The notes under the pieces: model-generated
The model's input: only the letters and a program-made list of their open reading frames with translations
Databases searched by the model: none
Told to the model about the DNA's origin: nothing
Shown here: piece by piece, positions 30,401 to 39,401 of the stretch
Numbering within the stretch: the stretch's first letter is position 1
How the letters are laid out: every line of letters starts with the position of its first letter
NCBI GenBank assembly: GCA_963719315.1
Contig: CAVRBU010000003.1
Span: 64,001-128,000, forward strand
Direction of reading: 5' to 3'
DNA length: 64,000 nucleotides
From: an uncultured Planctomycetota bacterium
Lineage (GTDB): Bacteria > Planctomycetota > Planctomycetia > Pirellulales > Lacipirellulaceae
Made by a program: the position numbers and the translations under genes

Positions 30401-30713
30401 GTGTGCGATGCGAATCGGGCGGCGGCATCTGTTCGGATTCGTCATCGCTCGTGATGCGACGCCAGAGTTCGCTTTGTTCAGGGTGGCCGGGGACGATCGG
30501 TTTGCCGCTGTCGTGATCGGCGTAGGCGGACTCGGACTGGTCGAGCCGTAGTTCGGCCTGCCGGGCTTTCTCGTCGAACCCGTGGCATTGGAAGCAGTTT
30601 TCGGAGAGGATCGGGCGAATGTCGCGATTGAAATCAAGCTTCTTCTCGGCGGCCGATGTGGGCGCGGCGGCGAGGCAAATGGCAAGCAGCGGCATAAAGA
30701 TGAAGCGTGGCAT
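27453..30713 (-). CDS. Planctomycete cytochrome c + DUF1549 + DUF1553 (PSD1-type) protein
   Basis: FNRDIRPILSENCFQCHG, HWSFIPP, CQCHDHKFDP, PSHPDLLDWLA, RRSLY, TPLQALVLLND. Confidence 0.92.
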   Translation of the reverse strand: MPRFIFMPLLAICLAAAPTSAAEKKLDFNRDIRPILSENCFQCHGFDEKARQAELRLDQSESAYADHDSGKPIVPGHPEQSELWRRITSDDESEQMPPPDSHRTLKPEQKLLLKRWIEQGAKYEKHWSFIPPVKATLPEIADKTWPRNEIDNFILERLDAEKLQHAPEADRRTLIRRLSLDLTGLPPSAAEVEAFAADQTPDAYEKLVDRLLASPHFGERMALVWLDAARYADTNGYSIDGGRHMWLWRDWVINAFNTNLHYDEFLRDQLAGDLLPNHTEAQLIATGFQRNNMNTHEGGTIPEENLTNYNVDRVKTFGESMLGLTLGCCQCHDHKFDPLTQKDYYQIYAYFNSLSDVGLDGDRGIDSRPSIEAKTVLQTGEQPALEKQIAALKQKLANPRDTAVDRWANEQRSRRSARGKDFALHPVELLKVSTPNVGQGFDIDPPRFIHITSPAPLVAYDVSMHLPKLDKPITGVRVLFHPDPKAPGGGRGYGTISANPLQQAGRSKKSPKPPVEGRGTFILTAFSASADPVAGDNVNLNRLLGFSQVTADSWLPDWRPEGVIDTRGDDGWSPEDGDGPAHLTVTFDKPVDTSATPFMTIQLNFGHVDSTVAARFEFLTMTGADTDSDLPPEIISIIESSTSPAASSSAGGSSSGATGSANDSASLATEQQNELREYFAAHSDETKRDRIALDNLEDRLEAITQEFPTMVMNIAEKPRETYILNRGDYSQPKEKVTPNTPAVLPPLPKDAPANRLGLAEWMTMREHPLTARVEVNRLWQIFFGTGLVATPADFGAQGQYPSHPDLLDWLAVDFMDHDWDVKRTIKMIVMSSTYRQSSVTGPRQLAPISGATGSASVELLTRDPQNRLLARGPCFRLPAEFIRDEALQISGLLVDRLGGPSVNPYTPGDLWREISHYGSTPATAQTFVQDHGEKLYRRSLYTYWKRTVPPPNMVAFDAPNREICTIARPTTTTPLQALVLLNDTQFVEAARAFAERTLKHPGDDPARLRWAFEECVSRPPTSDEFTILTKALQRERAHYAKDKSAAEKFLTAGEAPRDETIPVTEHAAWSQVAALLLNLSETVTRN

Positions 30714-30860
30714 AGCGGGCGGCCAAGCGAGAATCACTCCCAAGGTCGGAGACTATTCATCATACTCACTTGGCGGTTGAGTCGGCTACCGGCGAGAGTC
30801 GGCAACTTGCTCCGCGTGAAGCAAATTTCCTCTCGCGAAGCGAAAGAACTACACTGGCTG

Positions 30861-30982
30861 GGTGGTGTCCTAATTTGGCACCGATCGGACCGGAACTTTG
30901 TAGCACGGACTTCAGTCCGTACGAGAATCACGGACTGAAGTCCGCGCTACAAGGTTGTTGTGCCGCAAATTAGGACACTACC
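30861..30982. mobile_element. 122-bp MITE with IS4-like ends containing a GTAG REP doublet
   Basis: TIRs GGTGGTGTCCTAATTTG / CAAATTAGGACACTACC (16/17 match); flanking direct repeat ACTGGCTG at 30853-30860 and 30983-30990; internal palindromes at 30899-30951. Confidence 0.8.
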
Positions 30983-31061
30983 ACTGGCTGAGCTGAATTG
31001 ACGCTCGCGACGAGTCGAGATATAGTGCCAAATTCACATTCCGCCGGAGGGTTTTGAGCGA

Positions 31062-31862
31062 ATGGCCACAAATGCCGCGACGTTACACGACCATGGTTTT
31101 GCCAAGACGCAGCGCCGCGATGCGTGGTGGGCCGGGCCGTTGGTTACGGCGCTCGTGTTGGGCAGCTTTGTCATTTATACGACATTCCGGATTTTTCAAA
31201 ACGCGTATTTTCATTTCGGCGAGGGCACGGACATTCTACCCGAGCATTCCTATGTGCTCTCGCCAATGTACTCGCCGCTGCTGGCGCTGCCGAAGTGGGT
31301 GCCGGCGTGGATTTCGCCGGCGATGTTTATTCTCTGGATGCCGGGCGGATTTCGGCTGACTTGCTATTACTATCGAAAGGCGTATTACCGGTCGTTCTTT
31401 TTGGATCCGCCGGCCTGTGCGGTGGGCGAGCCACGGGACAAATACGCGGGCGAGACGCGGCTCTTGTTGTTTCAGAACATCCACCGGTACTTTTTGTATA
31501 TCGCGCTCGTGTTCATTGTGATTCTTGGGTACGACGCGATCGTGTCGTATATCTGGCCGACAGCGGGCGGCGGGCACACGTTCGGCATGAGCGTCGGCTC
31601 ACTCATGTTGACGATCGGGACGGCACTCCTTGCGCTATACACATTCAGTTGCCACTCGCTCCGGCATCTGGTGGGCGGCAATATCGATTGTTTTTCGTGC
31701 ATGGCCGGTGGCCAGGCTCGGTACAAAATGTGGCGCTGGGCAACGCGGCTCAACGAGCATCACATGCTGTGGGCTTGGACGAGTTTGTTCGGCGTGACAT
31801 TTGCGGATTTGTATGTGTGGATGGTGGCTTCGGGGCGGATTCACGATTTGCGGCTGATTTGA
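31062..31862 (+). CDS. Succinate dehydrogenase membrane anchor, Sdh1/Rv0249c-like
   Basis: LSPMYSP, FRLTCYYYRKAYYRSFFLDPPAC, QNIHRYF, SCHSLRHLVGG; upstream of sdhA. Confidence 0.85.
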   Translation: MATNAATLHDHGFAKTQRRDAWWAGPLVTALVLGSFVIYTTFRIFQNAYFHFGEGTDILPEHSYVLSPMYSPLLALPKWVPAWISPAMFILWMPGGFRLTCYYYRKAYYRSFFLDPPACAVGEPRDKYAGETRLLLFQNIHRYFLYIALVFIVILGYDAIVSYIWPTAGGGHTFGMSVGSLMLTIGTALLALYTFSCHSLRHLVGGNIDCFSCMAGGQARYKMWRWATRLNEHHMLWAWTSLFGVTFADLYVWMVASGRIHDLRLI

Positions 31863-31917
31863 TTCGGATAACCAACGATTGAGCAAAGCCTTTTCCTGAC
31901 GCATTAGAAGACGGGAC

Positions 31918-31995
31918 GACAAGGAGAGAGGGAGACAAAGAAAATGGTTCTCCAATCCAATCTCCTTGTCTCCTTGTGTTCCAGTCTCCTTGTCT
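31918..31995. repeat. Inverted pair of 8-mer arrays (GACAAGGA / TCCTTGTC)
   Basis: GACAAGGAGAGAGGGAGACAAAGA ... TCTCCTTGTCTCCTTGTGTTCCAGTCTCCTTGTCT. Confidence 0.8.
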
Positions 31996-32004
31996 TGTTT
32001 CAAA

Positions 32005-33810
32005 ATGGATAAGTATCAAACATTCGAATACGATGTGGTCGTGGTGGGCGCCGGCGGGGCCGGATTGCGGGCGGCGATCGAGTCGTCGGCCAGCGGGGCG
32101 AAGACGGCACTCGTGTGCAAATCCTTACTGGGCAAGGCGCACACGGTGATGGCCGAGGGCGGCGTCGCCGCGGCGCTCGCAAATGTGGAGTCTCGCGATA
32201 GCTGGCAGACGCACTTTCGCGATACGATGCGCGGCGGAAAATTTCTCAGTCAATGGCGAATGGCGCAGCTTCATGCTCAGGAGTCGCCCGAGCGAGTTCG
32301 CGAATTGGAAGAGTGGGGCGCGGTGTTCGACCGCACCAAGGATGGCCGAATATTGCAGCGGAATTTCGGCGGCCACACGTATCCGCGTCTGGCGCACGTG
32401 GGCGACCGCACCGGCCTGGAGATGATTCGCACGCTACAAGACAAGGGCATTCACACGGGCATCGATGTCCACATGGAATGCACGATCCGCTCGATTCTTA
32501 AGGATGGCAATCGGGTTTCGGGCTGCTTTGGATATCAGCGCGAGAGCGGGCGGTTTGTCGTGTTCAAGGCGAAGGCGGTCGTGCTCGCGACGGGCGGCAT
32601 CGGGCGATGTTGGGAGATTACGTCGAACTCCTGGGAGTACACGGCGGACGGGCATGCGATGGCGATGTGGGCCGGGGCCGACCTCATCGACATGGAGTTC
32701 ATCCAGTTCCACCCAACGGGCATGGTTTGGCCGCCGAGCGTCCGCGGGACGCTCATTACCGAGGGCGTGCGCGGCGAAGGAGGTGTGCTCGTGAACGGCA
32801 AGGGTCAGCGGTTCATGTTCAATTACATCCCGGACATGTTTAAGGGCGAATATGCCGAGAGCGAAGAAGAAACGCAGCAGTGGATGCAGGCGACAATTGC
32901 CCGCGAACGGCCCACGGCGCGGCGGCCACCGGAGCTTTTGACTCGCGACGTGGTGGCCAAGGCGATTCGGCGGGAGGTTCGTGAAGGACGTGGCTCGCCG
33001 CATGGTGGAGTATTTCTCGACATTGCGTCGCGGCGGAAGCCGGAGGACATCAAAAAGAAGCTGCCGAGCATGTACCACCAATTCAAGGAGCTGGCGGATG
33101 TGGATATCACGACCGACCCCATGGAAGTCGGGCCGACGTGCCATTACATGATGGGCGGCGTACGCGTGAACGATGACACGCAGGAATCGACAGTGCCCGG
33201 TTTGTTCGCGGCCGGCGAAGTGGGCGGCGGTATGCATGGCGCCAATCGGCTCGGCGGCAATTCGTTATCGGACCTACTCGTGTTCGGCAAGCGGGCTGGT
33301 GAGTTCGCGGCGAAGATGGCGAAGACGACGCCGCAAGGGCAGATCAACCAGGATGATGTGGAACGCGAGGCTGCCGAAGCCCTTAAGTGCTTTGGCGATG
33401 GCCAGGCCGAGAATCCCTATGCCATCCACGAAGACCTGCGTGCAGTGATGCAGAGCCTCGTCGGCATCGTGCGGACCGACGAAGACTTGCGGGCGGCTCT
33501 GGTGAAAATCAGCGAGCTGCGCACGCGAGCCGCGAAGGCCAAGGTCGGCGGCAACATTCAATACAATCCGGGCTGGCATTTGGCGCTCGATTTGAAAAAC
33601 ATGCTCGACATCAGCGAGGCGGTCACGAAGGCCGCGCTCGAGCGCACGGAAAGCCGTGGCGGGCACACGCGCGAGGACTTCCCCGAGACCGAAAAGGAAT
33701 GGGGAAAGGTGAACTGCATCGTGCGTCAGAACAAGGACGGCATCAACGTGACGCGCGAGCCGCTGCCGGAGATGCCGCCGGAGCTGGCTGAGTTGTTGAA
33801 GAAGGACTAA
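32005..33810 (+). CDS. sdhA: Succinate dehydrogenase/fumarate reductase flavoprotein
   Basis: VGAGGAGLRAA, KAHTVMAEGG, QFHPTG, TEGVRGEGG, HYMMGG, HGANRLGGNSL, ESRGGH. Confidence 0.95.
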   Translation: MDKYQTFEYDVVVVGAGGAGLRAAIESSASGAKTALVCKSLLGKAHTVMAEGGVAAALANVESRDSWQTHFRDTMRGGKFLSQWRMAQLHAQESPERVRELEEWGAVFDRTKDGRILQRNFGGHTYPRLAHVGDRTGLEMIRTLQDKGIHTGIDVHMECTIRSILKDGNRVSGCFGYQRESGRFVVFKAKAVVLATGGIGRCWEITSNSWEYTADGHAMAMWAGADLIDMEFIQFHPTGMVWPPSVRGTLITEGVRGEGGVLVNGKGQRFMFNYIPDMFKGEYAESEEETQQWMQATIARERPTARRPPELLTRDVVAKAIRREVREGRGSPHGGVFLDIASRRKPEDIKKKLPSMYHQFKELADVDITTDPMEVGPTCHYMMGGVRVNDDTQESTVPGLFAAGEVGGGMHGANRLGGNSLSDLLVFGKRAGEFAAKMAKTTPQGQINQDDVEREAAEALKCFGDGQAENPYAIHEDLRAVMQSLVGIVRTDEDLRAALVKISELRTRAAKAKVGGNIQYNPGWHLALDLKNMLDISEAVTKAALERTESRGGHTREDFPETEKEWGKVNCIVRQNKDGINVTREPLPEMPPELAELLKKD

Positions 33811-33835
33811 GTGCGGTGATGAACGGCGGTTCGAT

Positions 33836-33930
33836 GACAAGGAGATAAGGAGACAAGGAGACAAGGAGATTCGATGGTCCTACGGATTTGCGTCGCACCT
33901 CAATCTCCTTGTCTCCCCCTCTCCTTGTCT
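33836..33930. repeat. Inverted pair of 8-mer arrays (GACAAGGA / TCCTTGTC)
   Basis: GACAAGGAGATAAGGAGACAAGGAGACAAGGAGA ... TCTCCTTGTCTCCCCCTCTCCTTGTCT. Confidence 0.88.
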
Positions 33931-33970
33931 TTCATGGAAGCTCGGATCGCAACAAACTGAGATCGCTTAA

Positions 33971-34711
33971 ATGTCTGAAGAAGCAACTTTACGAATCTAC
34001 CGCGGCGACAACGAGCAAGGCCAAATGGTGGACTACAAAGTCCCCGTACAGCCCGGCATGGTGGTGCTGGATGCGGTGCACGCCGTGCAGGCCATGCATT
34101 CGCCGGACCTTGCGGTGCGCTGGAATTGCAAGGCGGGAAAGTGCGGCTCGTGCGGCGGCGAGGTGAACGGCAAGCCGCGCCTGATGTGCATGGATCGGAT
34201 GGACAAGTATCCGGACGGCGAGCCGATCACGATTCGGCCGATGAAGACCTTTCCGGTGGTGAAGGATCTCGCCTGCGACGTATCGTGGAACTACAGCGTC
34301 GACAAGAAGATACCGCCGTTCAAGATGCGCGAGTCAAAGGACGAACCGAAGTTCTCGCAAGAGGAAGCAGATCGCGTACAGGAATTTCGCAAGTGCATCG
34401 AGTGCTTCTTGTGCCAAAACGTGTGCCACGTGCTGCGCGACCATCAGAAGCAACCAGAATTCGGCGGTCCGCGGTTCTTCGTCCGCGTGGCCGGCCTGGA
34501 GATGCACCCGCTCGACTGCGGCGACCGGATCCCGCTCGTGAAAGACGAGCTAGGACTGGGCTACTGCAATATCACGAAGTGCTGCACCGAAGTCTGCCCC
34601 GAGCACATCAAAATCACCGACAACGCGATTATCCCGCTGAAGGAACGCGTCGTGGATCGGTTCTACGATCCGCTGAAGAAACTGCTGCGGATTGTGTTTC
34701 CGAAGCAGTGA
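33971..34711 (+). CDS. sdhB: Succinate dehydrogenase iron-sulfur subunit
   Basis: CKAGKCGSC, CIECFLCQNVC, CNITKCCTEVCP. Confidence 0.95.
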   Translation: MSEEATLRIYRGDNEQGQMVDYKVPVQPGMVVLDAVHAVQAMHSPDLAVRWNCKAGKCGSCGGEVNGKPRLMCMDRMDKYPDGEPITIRPMKTFPVVKDLACDVSWNYSVDKKIPPFKMRESKDEPKFSQEEADRVQEFRKCIECFLCQNVCHVLRDHQKQPEFGGPRFFVRVAGLEMHPLDCGDRIPLVKDELGLGYCNITKCCTEVCPEHIKITDNAIIPLKERVVDRFYDPLKKLLRIVFPKQ

Positions 34712-34989
34712 GCGCCGGTAATGAACGCTAACGCCATAAGCCTCACCTTATGCGTCGGTATTGCAAAATGAACGGCTGTGGCTGCTTGTTTACTGGCATC
34801 GACTGTATTCGGTGATTCCGAAGCGTGCGACAAGGGATGACGCCGAGGCGGCTCGCTTCGACGCATTGCTTCATCAACATATCATTTCGCACATGAAGGG
34901 AGCAACATAGTTGCTATCGTGGCTTTGCGAGCGTATTCTTCAGGAAGGGGCGGGCACCGAACGCAGTTCTTGGCGAAACGATATAAATT

Positions 34990-35244
34990 ATGGAAACACC
35001 GCTGACAGCGATTGAGGTGACGGGCACGATCGACGAGCAGCATCAGTTGCGGTTGGACGATCTGCTGCCGGTTACGGGACCTAAACGTGTGCGCGTCATC
35101 GTGTTATACCCTTTGGACGACACCTGGGATGAAACGGAGTGGCTCCGCGCCGCGGCTCGCAACCCGGTCTTCGCGGAGTTGGCTTCGTTGGAGGAAGACA
35201 TCTACTCGCTTGCGGATGGGAAGCCGTACCGTGACGAAGTATAA
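34990..35244 (+). CDS. Putative antitoxin upstream of the mazF/pemK pseudogene
   Basis: 84-aa acidic ORF overlapping the toxin start by 14 nt. Confidence 0.65.
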   Translation: METPLTAIEVTGTIDEQHQLRLDDLLPVTGPKRVRVIVLYPLDDTWDETEWLRAAARNPVFAELASLEEDIYSLADGKPYRDEV

Positions 35245-35278
35245 GGTCGTATTAGTGCCGTTTCCGTTCGATGATCTA

Positions 35279-36456
35279 TACCCTGCGTGGGGATAAATGA
35301 TCTGTTCCCGAGTAGCTGATTTGTTGTACAAGGCCCTTATGTCGCCATCGAGGAGGATGGCGTGTTGCTGGCAAGGAGGGCTGTCATGGCTTGGTTTCGA
35401 GTCCGATTGACGGAAGAGGAACAGCGAATTGTCGCGGCCGAGCGGGAGTCTCATCCGGAGTCGCATGTCCGCCGCAAGATGCTGGTGTTGTGGTCGCTGC
35501 AGTGTGGTTTGAAGCGATCCCAGGCGGCGAAATTGGCGGGGGTCGGAGTGGCGACCGTCGGGCGGTACGTTGCGGCCTATCGTGATGGCGGGTTGGAGGG
35601 TCTGCGGCGGTGGAATGTGCAAGGGCCCGTGAGCGACTTGGCCGCCTATCGCGACGTGATCCGCGCGTCGTTCGAGAACCAGCCGGTCCGCACGACCGCG
35701 GAAGCCTGCGAACGCATTTACCAACTGACCGGCCTGCGGCGGGGACTGTCGCAAACTCGCAAGTTCCTGAAAGACATGGGACTCAAGTGGCAGCGGGTCC
35801 GGGCGCTCCCCGTGCCGCCCAAAAAAACTTGGCCCAGCATGTCGCCGCGCAGGCCCTGTTTCACAACGTCGAACTGAAGCCCCGCCTCGACGCCGCCGCC
35901 CGAGGGCGGGGACACGTCTTCTTCGTCGATGCGGCCCACTTTGTGTACGGGACGTTCCTGTGCTGCTTGTGGTCGTTCACGCGAATCTTCGTGCGGGCCG
36001 CCTCGGGCCGCCAGCGGTTCAATGTCCTGGGAGCCTGGAACGCCGTGACCCGCGAACTGGTAAGCGTGACCAACACCACGGTCGTCAACACGGAAACGAT
36101 GTGCGAGCTGTTGCGGAAGATCGCTGCCCTCGGTCTGGCCGGACCGATCACGTTGGTGCTGGACAACGCTCGCTACCAACGTAACGCCGCGGTGCAAGCG
36201 TTGGCGACGCAACTGGAAATCACGCTGCTGTTCCTGCCCTCCTACTCGCCGAACCTGAACCTCATCGAACGGCTTTGGAAGTTCATCAAGCGGCGGGCCA
36301 TCTATGGGCGTTACCATCCCGGATTTCAAGAGTTTCAAGCCGCCATCCAAGAAACAATCGCCGACCTCGCAACCCGCCACGCCGAACCCCTCAAATCCCT
36401 CATGACGCTCAACTTTCAGCGATTCGAAGATGTCTCATTGCTGGCCGCGTAGGGTA
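35279..36456 (+). mobile_element. IS630-family element (1178 bp)
   Basis: TA target duplication on both sides; ends TACCCTGCGTGG / CCGCGTAGGGTA. Confidence 0.9.
35386..36452 (+). CDS. IS630 transposase, two ORFs joined by a probable programmed -1 frameshift at CCCAAAAAAA (~35818-35827)
   Basis: HTH ORF then FVDAAHF, VLDNARYQ, LPSYSPNLNLIERLW. Confidence 0.88.
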
Positions 36457-36541
36457 TAATCGGCACGAAAGTCCGGCCTGGAGATCGGCATTGAAATGGG
36501 ACCCACCTGGGCGTTGAATCTGGGCCCACCTGGTTAGTTGG

Positions 36542-36586
36542 GGAGCGGCCCGCGAGACCCTTCGAAGGTCTCGCGCGGCCGCCTCC
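36542..36586. terminator. GC-rich hairpin downstream of istB inside IS21
   Basis: GGAGCGGCCCGCGAGACC-CTTCGAA-GGTCTCGCGCGGCCGCCTCC; no clear U-tract. Confidence 0.35.
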
Positions 36587-36670
36587 GTTAGTTCACTTAA
36601 TGGGTTAGAGTAAACTCTCCATTTTGTTGCGCACGATTTGCGAACGTTTTGCCGACGGGTCGCCCGAAAG

Positions 36671-37441
36671 CTACTTGCCCTTGGTGGTTCGCTTTTGTTT
36701 CATCGACTCCCGGAAGCGGTAGCTTTCACCGTTCATCTCAAAGATTTCGCAGTGGTGCGTCAGCCGGTCCAAGAGAGCAGCTGTCATCCGTTCTCCCTGA
36801 AACACCTGCTGCCATTCGCTGAACGGCAAGTTGCTGGTGATCAACAGGCTGGATCGCTCGTAGCGATCGGCGAATACCTGGAACAGCAGTTCCGCTCCGC
36901 TGCGATTGAACGAGAGATAACCGAGCTCGTCGCAGACAAGCAGATCGAGCTTGTCGAGCTGCTTCAACAATCGCTCGAGCTGGTACTGCTTCTGCGTCTC
37001 TTCCAAGCGATTGACCAGTGTGGCAGCGGTAAAGAAGCGGACTCGCTTGCCCAGTCGGCAGGCGGCCAGGCCCAAGGCGATGGCCAGATGCGTTTTTCCA
37101 GTTCCCGAACTACCCAACAGGCAGCAGTTCTGACGCTGATCAATCCAGCCGCAGCGGGCCAGTTCCAGGATCTTGGGCTTCGAGAGGCCGGGCGCCGCGC
37201 TAAAGTCGAATGCATCGAGGTCCTTCTGCACCGGGAAGCCAGCCTGTTTAATGCGCGCCTGCAGAGCATTGGCACTGCGTGTGGCTAACTCCAACTCCGT
37301 CAGGCGCAACAGATAGTCGAGGTAGTCCTGGTTGCTGTTGGTCGCTTCCCCGGCGAGCTTGCCATACTCGGCCAGCATCGTCGGCAGGCGTAGCGCCTTG
37401 AGGTTCGAACGCAGTAACAGGGGCGTTTCTTTCTGGGCCAT
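36671..37441 (-). CDS. istB: IS21 helper AAA+ ATPase IstB
   Basis: GSSGTGKTHLA, LLVCDELGY, ITSNLPFSEW, ALLDRLTHH, GESYR. Confidence 0.95.
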   Translation of the reverse strand: MAQKETPLLLRSNLKALRLPTMLAEYGKLAGEATNSNQDYLDYLLRLTELELATRSANALQARIKQAGFPVQKDLDAFDFSAAPGLSKPKILELARCGWIDQRQNCCLLGSSGTGKTHLAIALGLAACRLGKRVRFFTAATLVNRLEETQKQYQLERLLKQLDKLDLLVCDELGYLSFNRSGAELLFQVFADRYERSSLLITSNLPFSEWQQVFQGERMTAALLDRLTHHCEIFEMNGESYRFRESMKQKRTTKGK

Positions 37442-38954
37442 GATCTTCTCCTCCGTGAGAGAGTAACGAGTCAAAGCGGCGCAAGTCCGGCAGCGGGACT
37501 TGCACCGCAGGAATCGATCGCAGCTGCCCGATTAGGTTCGCTTCGCCGCGGGTGGAGCGCAGCGCCAGTCGCTCGCAGAGCCCAGCAATCCGCTCGGCCG
37601 TGACGACGCCGTCGCCGCGGCAGGCCTGGATGGCCTGCTCAACCCGAGTCAGCGGGTGCTCTGCCAACAGCTGCAGCACGCGGATGAATTGCCGAGCGCC
37701 CGGCAACGATCCGTGGCGTGTTTCAAAATGTTCGCGCAACTGGGTAAACGCCGCCGGCAGACGCCAATTGCGGTAGACGTCAGTGTGATCCAAATAGGCT
37801 GGCTTCACTCCCAGAGTGGACAGGTAGTGCAGCGGATCGAGCACTTGCTCGCCCTGTCCGTAGGAGCGCTCGTGCCGGGCAATCCGCTGGCCGTCGCGGA
37901 TGACTTCGATGCGATCGATAGTGGCTTTTACCGTGACCGTGGCGAACGCATGCCGCCGCGGCACGCTGTAGCGATTCTTCTCCCAGGCGACCGTCTGGTA
38001 CTTGTCGACTTGACGGACCTCGCTCACGGCGGCTTCAAACGGGCGCTCGGGCAGCGGCAAGGCGCTAATCTGCTCTGTCGCGAAGCGCGCGCCGATCGTT
38101 TCGCTGTGGCCCGCAATCGTCCGCCGAGCATCCCGCTCGCAGCATTGAAGCAGGTAGGCATTTAGCTCTGTCAGATCCTTCACTTGAGGGACCGGCGTCG
38201 CCCACTGGCGCTCCAACAGCTTCACCCGGTTCTCGACGTGCGGCTTTTCGTTACCGCGAGCCGGCAGGCAGAACAACGGCTCGAAGTTGTAGTGACTGGC
38301 CAGCGCCTGCCAGCGCTGGTTCAACTCCCGTTGGCGGCCACGCAGAATCGTGGTCGCAACGGTTCTTGGATTATCCCACCACAGTTCTTTGGGCACGCAA
38401 CGAAAAAACGCAAACGCCGCCACCGTGCCATGCAGGATCGCCTCGGTCTTTTCGCTCGGCAGCGCAATCATAAAGGTGGCGTTTGAGTAGGCCCACGTCA
38501 CCAGCAGGATCGGAACCTGGCGCCTGCCTTCCGGGAAGTCGACCCAGATCTGACCGAAGTCGCTCTCGGCCCGTTGGCCTGGCTCGTACGACAAAGGGAG
38601 AAACGTTTCGCGCTGCCGCCCCCGCGTCGCGGCCACGTACCTTCGCACCTGGTCGTAGCTGCCGACGTACTGCTCTTCGTCCCGCAGCCGCCGAAAGAGT
38701 TGCGCTCCTGTGTGACGTTGCTTGCGAGGCGCCTGCTCATCTTCGACGAGAATCGCGCCGATCCATTGCTGGTGCACATCGGTCAGCACCCGCCGCGGTC
38801 GCGGTAGCGACAGCGTGTAAGGCCGCGGCTCTGCCTGCGCCAGTGCCTCGCGGATCTTTCGTCGCGAATGCCCAAACGTCCGGGCGATCTCCCGAATGCT
38901 CATGCCATCGCGATGAGCACGACGTATCCTGCCGTAATCCTCCACCTTCAGCAT
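37248..38954 (-). CDS. istA: IS21 transposase IstA
   Basis: N-terminal HTH, PGQRAESDFG, WWDN, EKPHVEN, NRYSVP. Confidence 0.92.
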   Translation of the reverse strand: MLKVEDYGRIRRAHRDGMSIREIARTFGHSRRKIREALAQAEPRPYTLSLPRPRRVLTDVHQQWIGAILVEDEQAPRKQRHTGAQLFRRLRDEEQYVGSYDQVRRYVAATRGRQRETFLPLSYEPGQRAESDFGQIWVDFPEGRRQVPILLVTWAYSNATFMIALPSEKTEAILHGTVAAFAFFRCVPKELWWDNPRTVATTILRGRQRELNQRWQALASHYNFEPLFCLPARGNEKPHVENRVKLLERQWATPVPQVKDLTELNAYLLQCCERDARRTIAGHSETIGARFATEQISALPLPERPFEAAVSEVRQVDKYQTVAWEKNRYSVPRRHAFATVTVKATIDRIEVIRDGQRIARHERSYGQGEQVLDPLHYLSTLGVKPAYLDHTDVYRNWRLPAAFTQLREHFETRHGSLPGARQFIRVLQLLAEHPLTRVEQAIQACRGDGVVTAERIAGLCERLALRSTRGEANLIGQLRSIPAVQVPLPDLRRFDSLLSHGGEDHGPERNAPVTAFEPQGATPADDAGRVWQARRGSDQQQPGLPRLSVAPDGVGVSHTQCQCSAGAH

Positions 38955-39401
38955 CCTTGACTCCGCTTCGCTGAATTCCCCAGTTTAAAAACCGGGAATC
39001 CAGCTTACGAAGTCCGCTGCGGTGGGTCCCTTTTCAATGCCGATTCCGCACCCCAGGTGGGTCCCGTTTCAATGCCGATCTCCACCGGCCTGCCGTTTGT
39101 CTTACCGACCCGATCGGCCCTCATCGACACGTCGTTCTCGCCTTTATTACCAGCAGTTCAAGCTCATTCGGATTAGCGACTGACTTGGCCCTGAATTCGG
39201 GTGATCCCGACTTCTCTGCTACCGGGCTGCGAGTCTCTTCTACATAACAATTACATCGCTTGATGACGGCAACAACGTCGCTTATCCAGAGGGAGCTTGG
39301 ACTATTGTCGCCGAGAATTCAGACTGAGGTTCACGAAAGACTGAGCGCATTGTTTGGCATTGCAAGTTCATGATCGCAATCGGCGATACAGGGGTCAGCG
39401 A

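Larger units (their letters stand above)
36479..39084 (-). mobile_element. IS21-family element (2606 bp)
   Basis: TIR TGGAGATCGGCATTGAAAYGGGACCCACCTGGG at both ends; 6-bp target duplication CCGGCC; extra internal end repeat at 39021-39044. Confidence 0.93.
35231..39373 (+). pseudogene. PemK/MazF toxin gene split by IS630 and IS21, with an internal stop
   Basis: Segments 35231-35278 + 36459-36478 + 39091-39373 give 117 codons: VTKYKVVLVPFPFDDL-IGTKVRP-AVCL...AFITS...TGLRVSST*QLHRL...; TAA at 39245-39247. Confidence 0.88.

Noticed and set aside
34712..34989. Possible gene remnant between sdhB and the antitoxin
   Set aside because: No frame with recognisable motifs could be supported by eye.
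35818..35827. IS630 frameshift as evidence of a broken transposase
   Set aside because: An A7 run between the HTH and DDE ORFs is the usual programmed arrangement in this family.
37248..37441. Long istA/istB overlap as a novel fusion
   Set aside because: Overlap at this junction is common in IS21 elements and the extra IstA tail has no recognisable feature.
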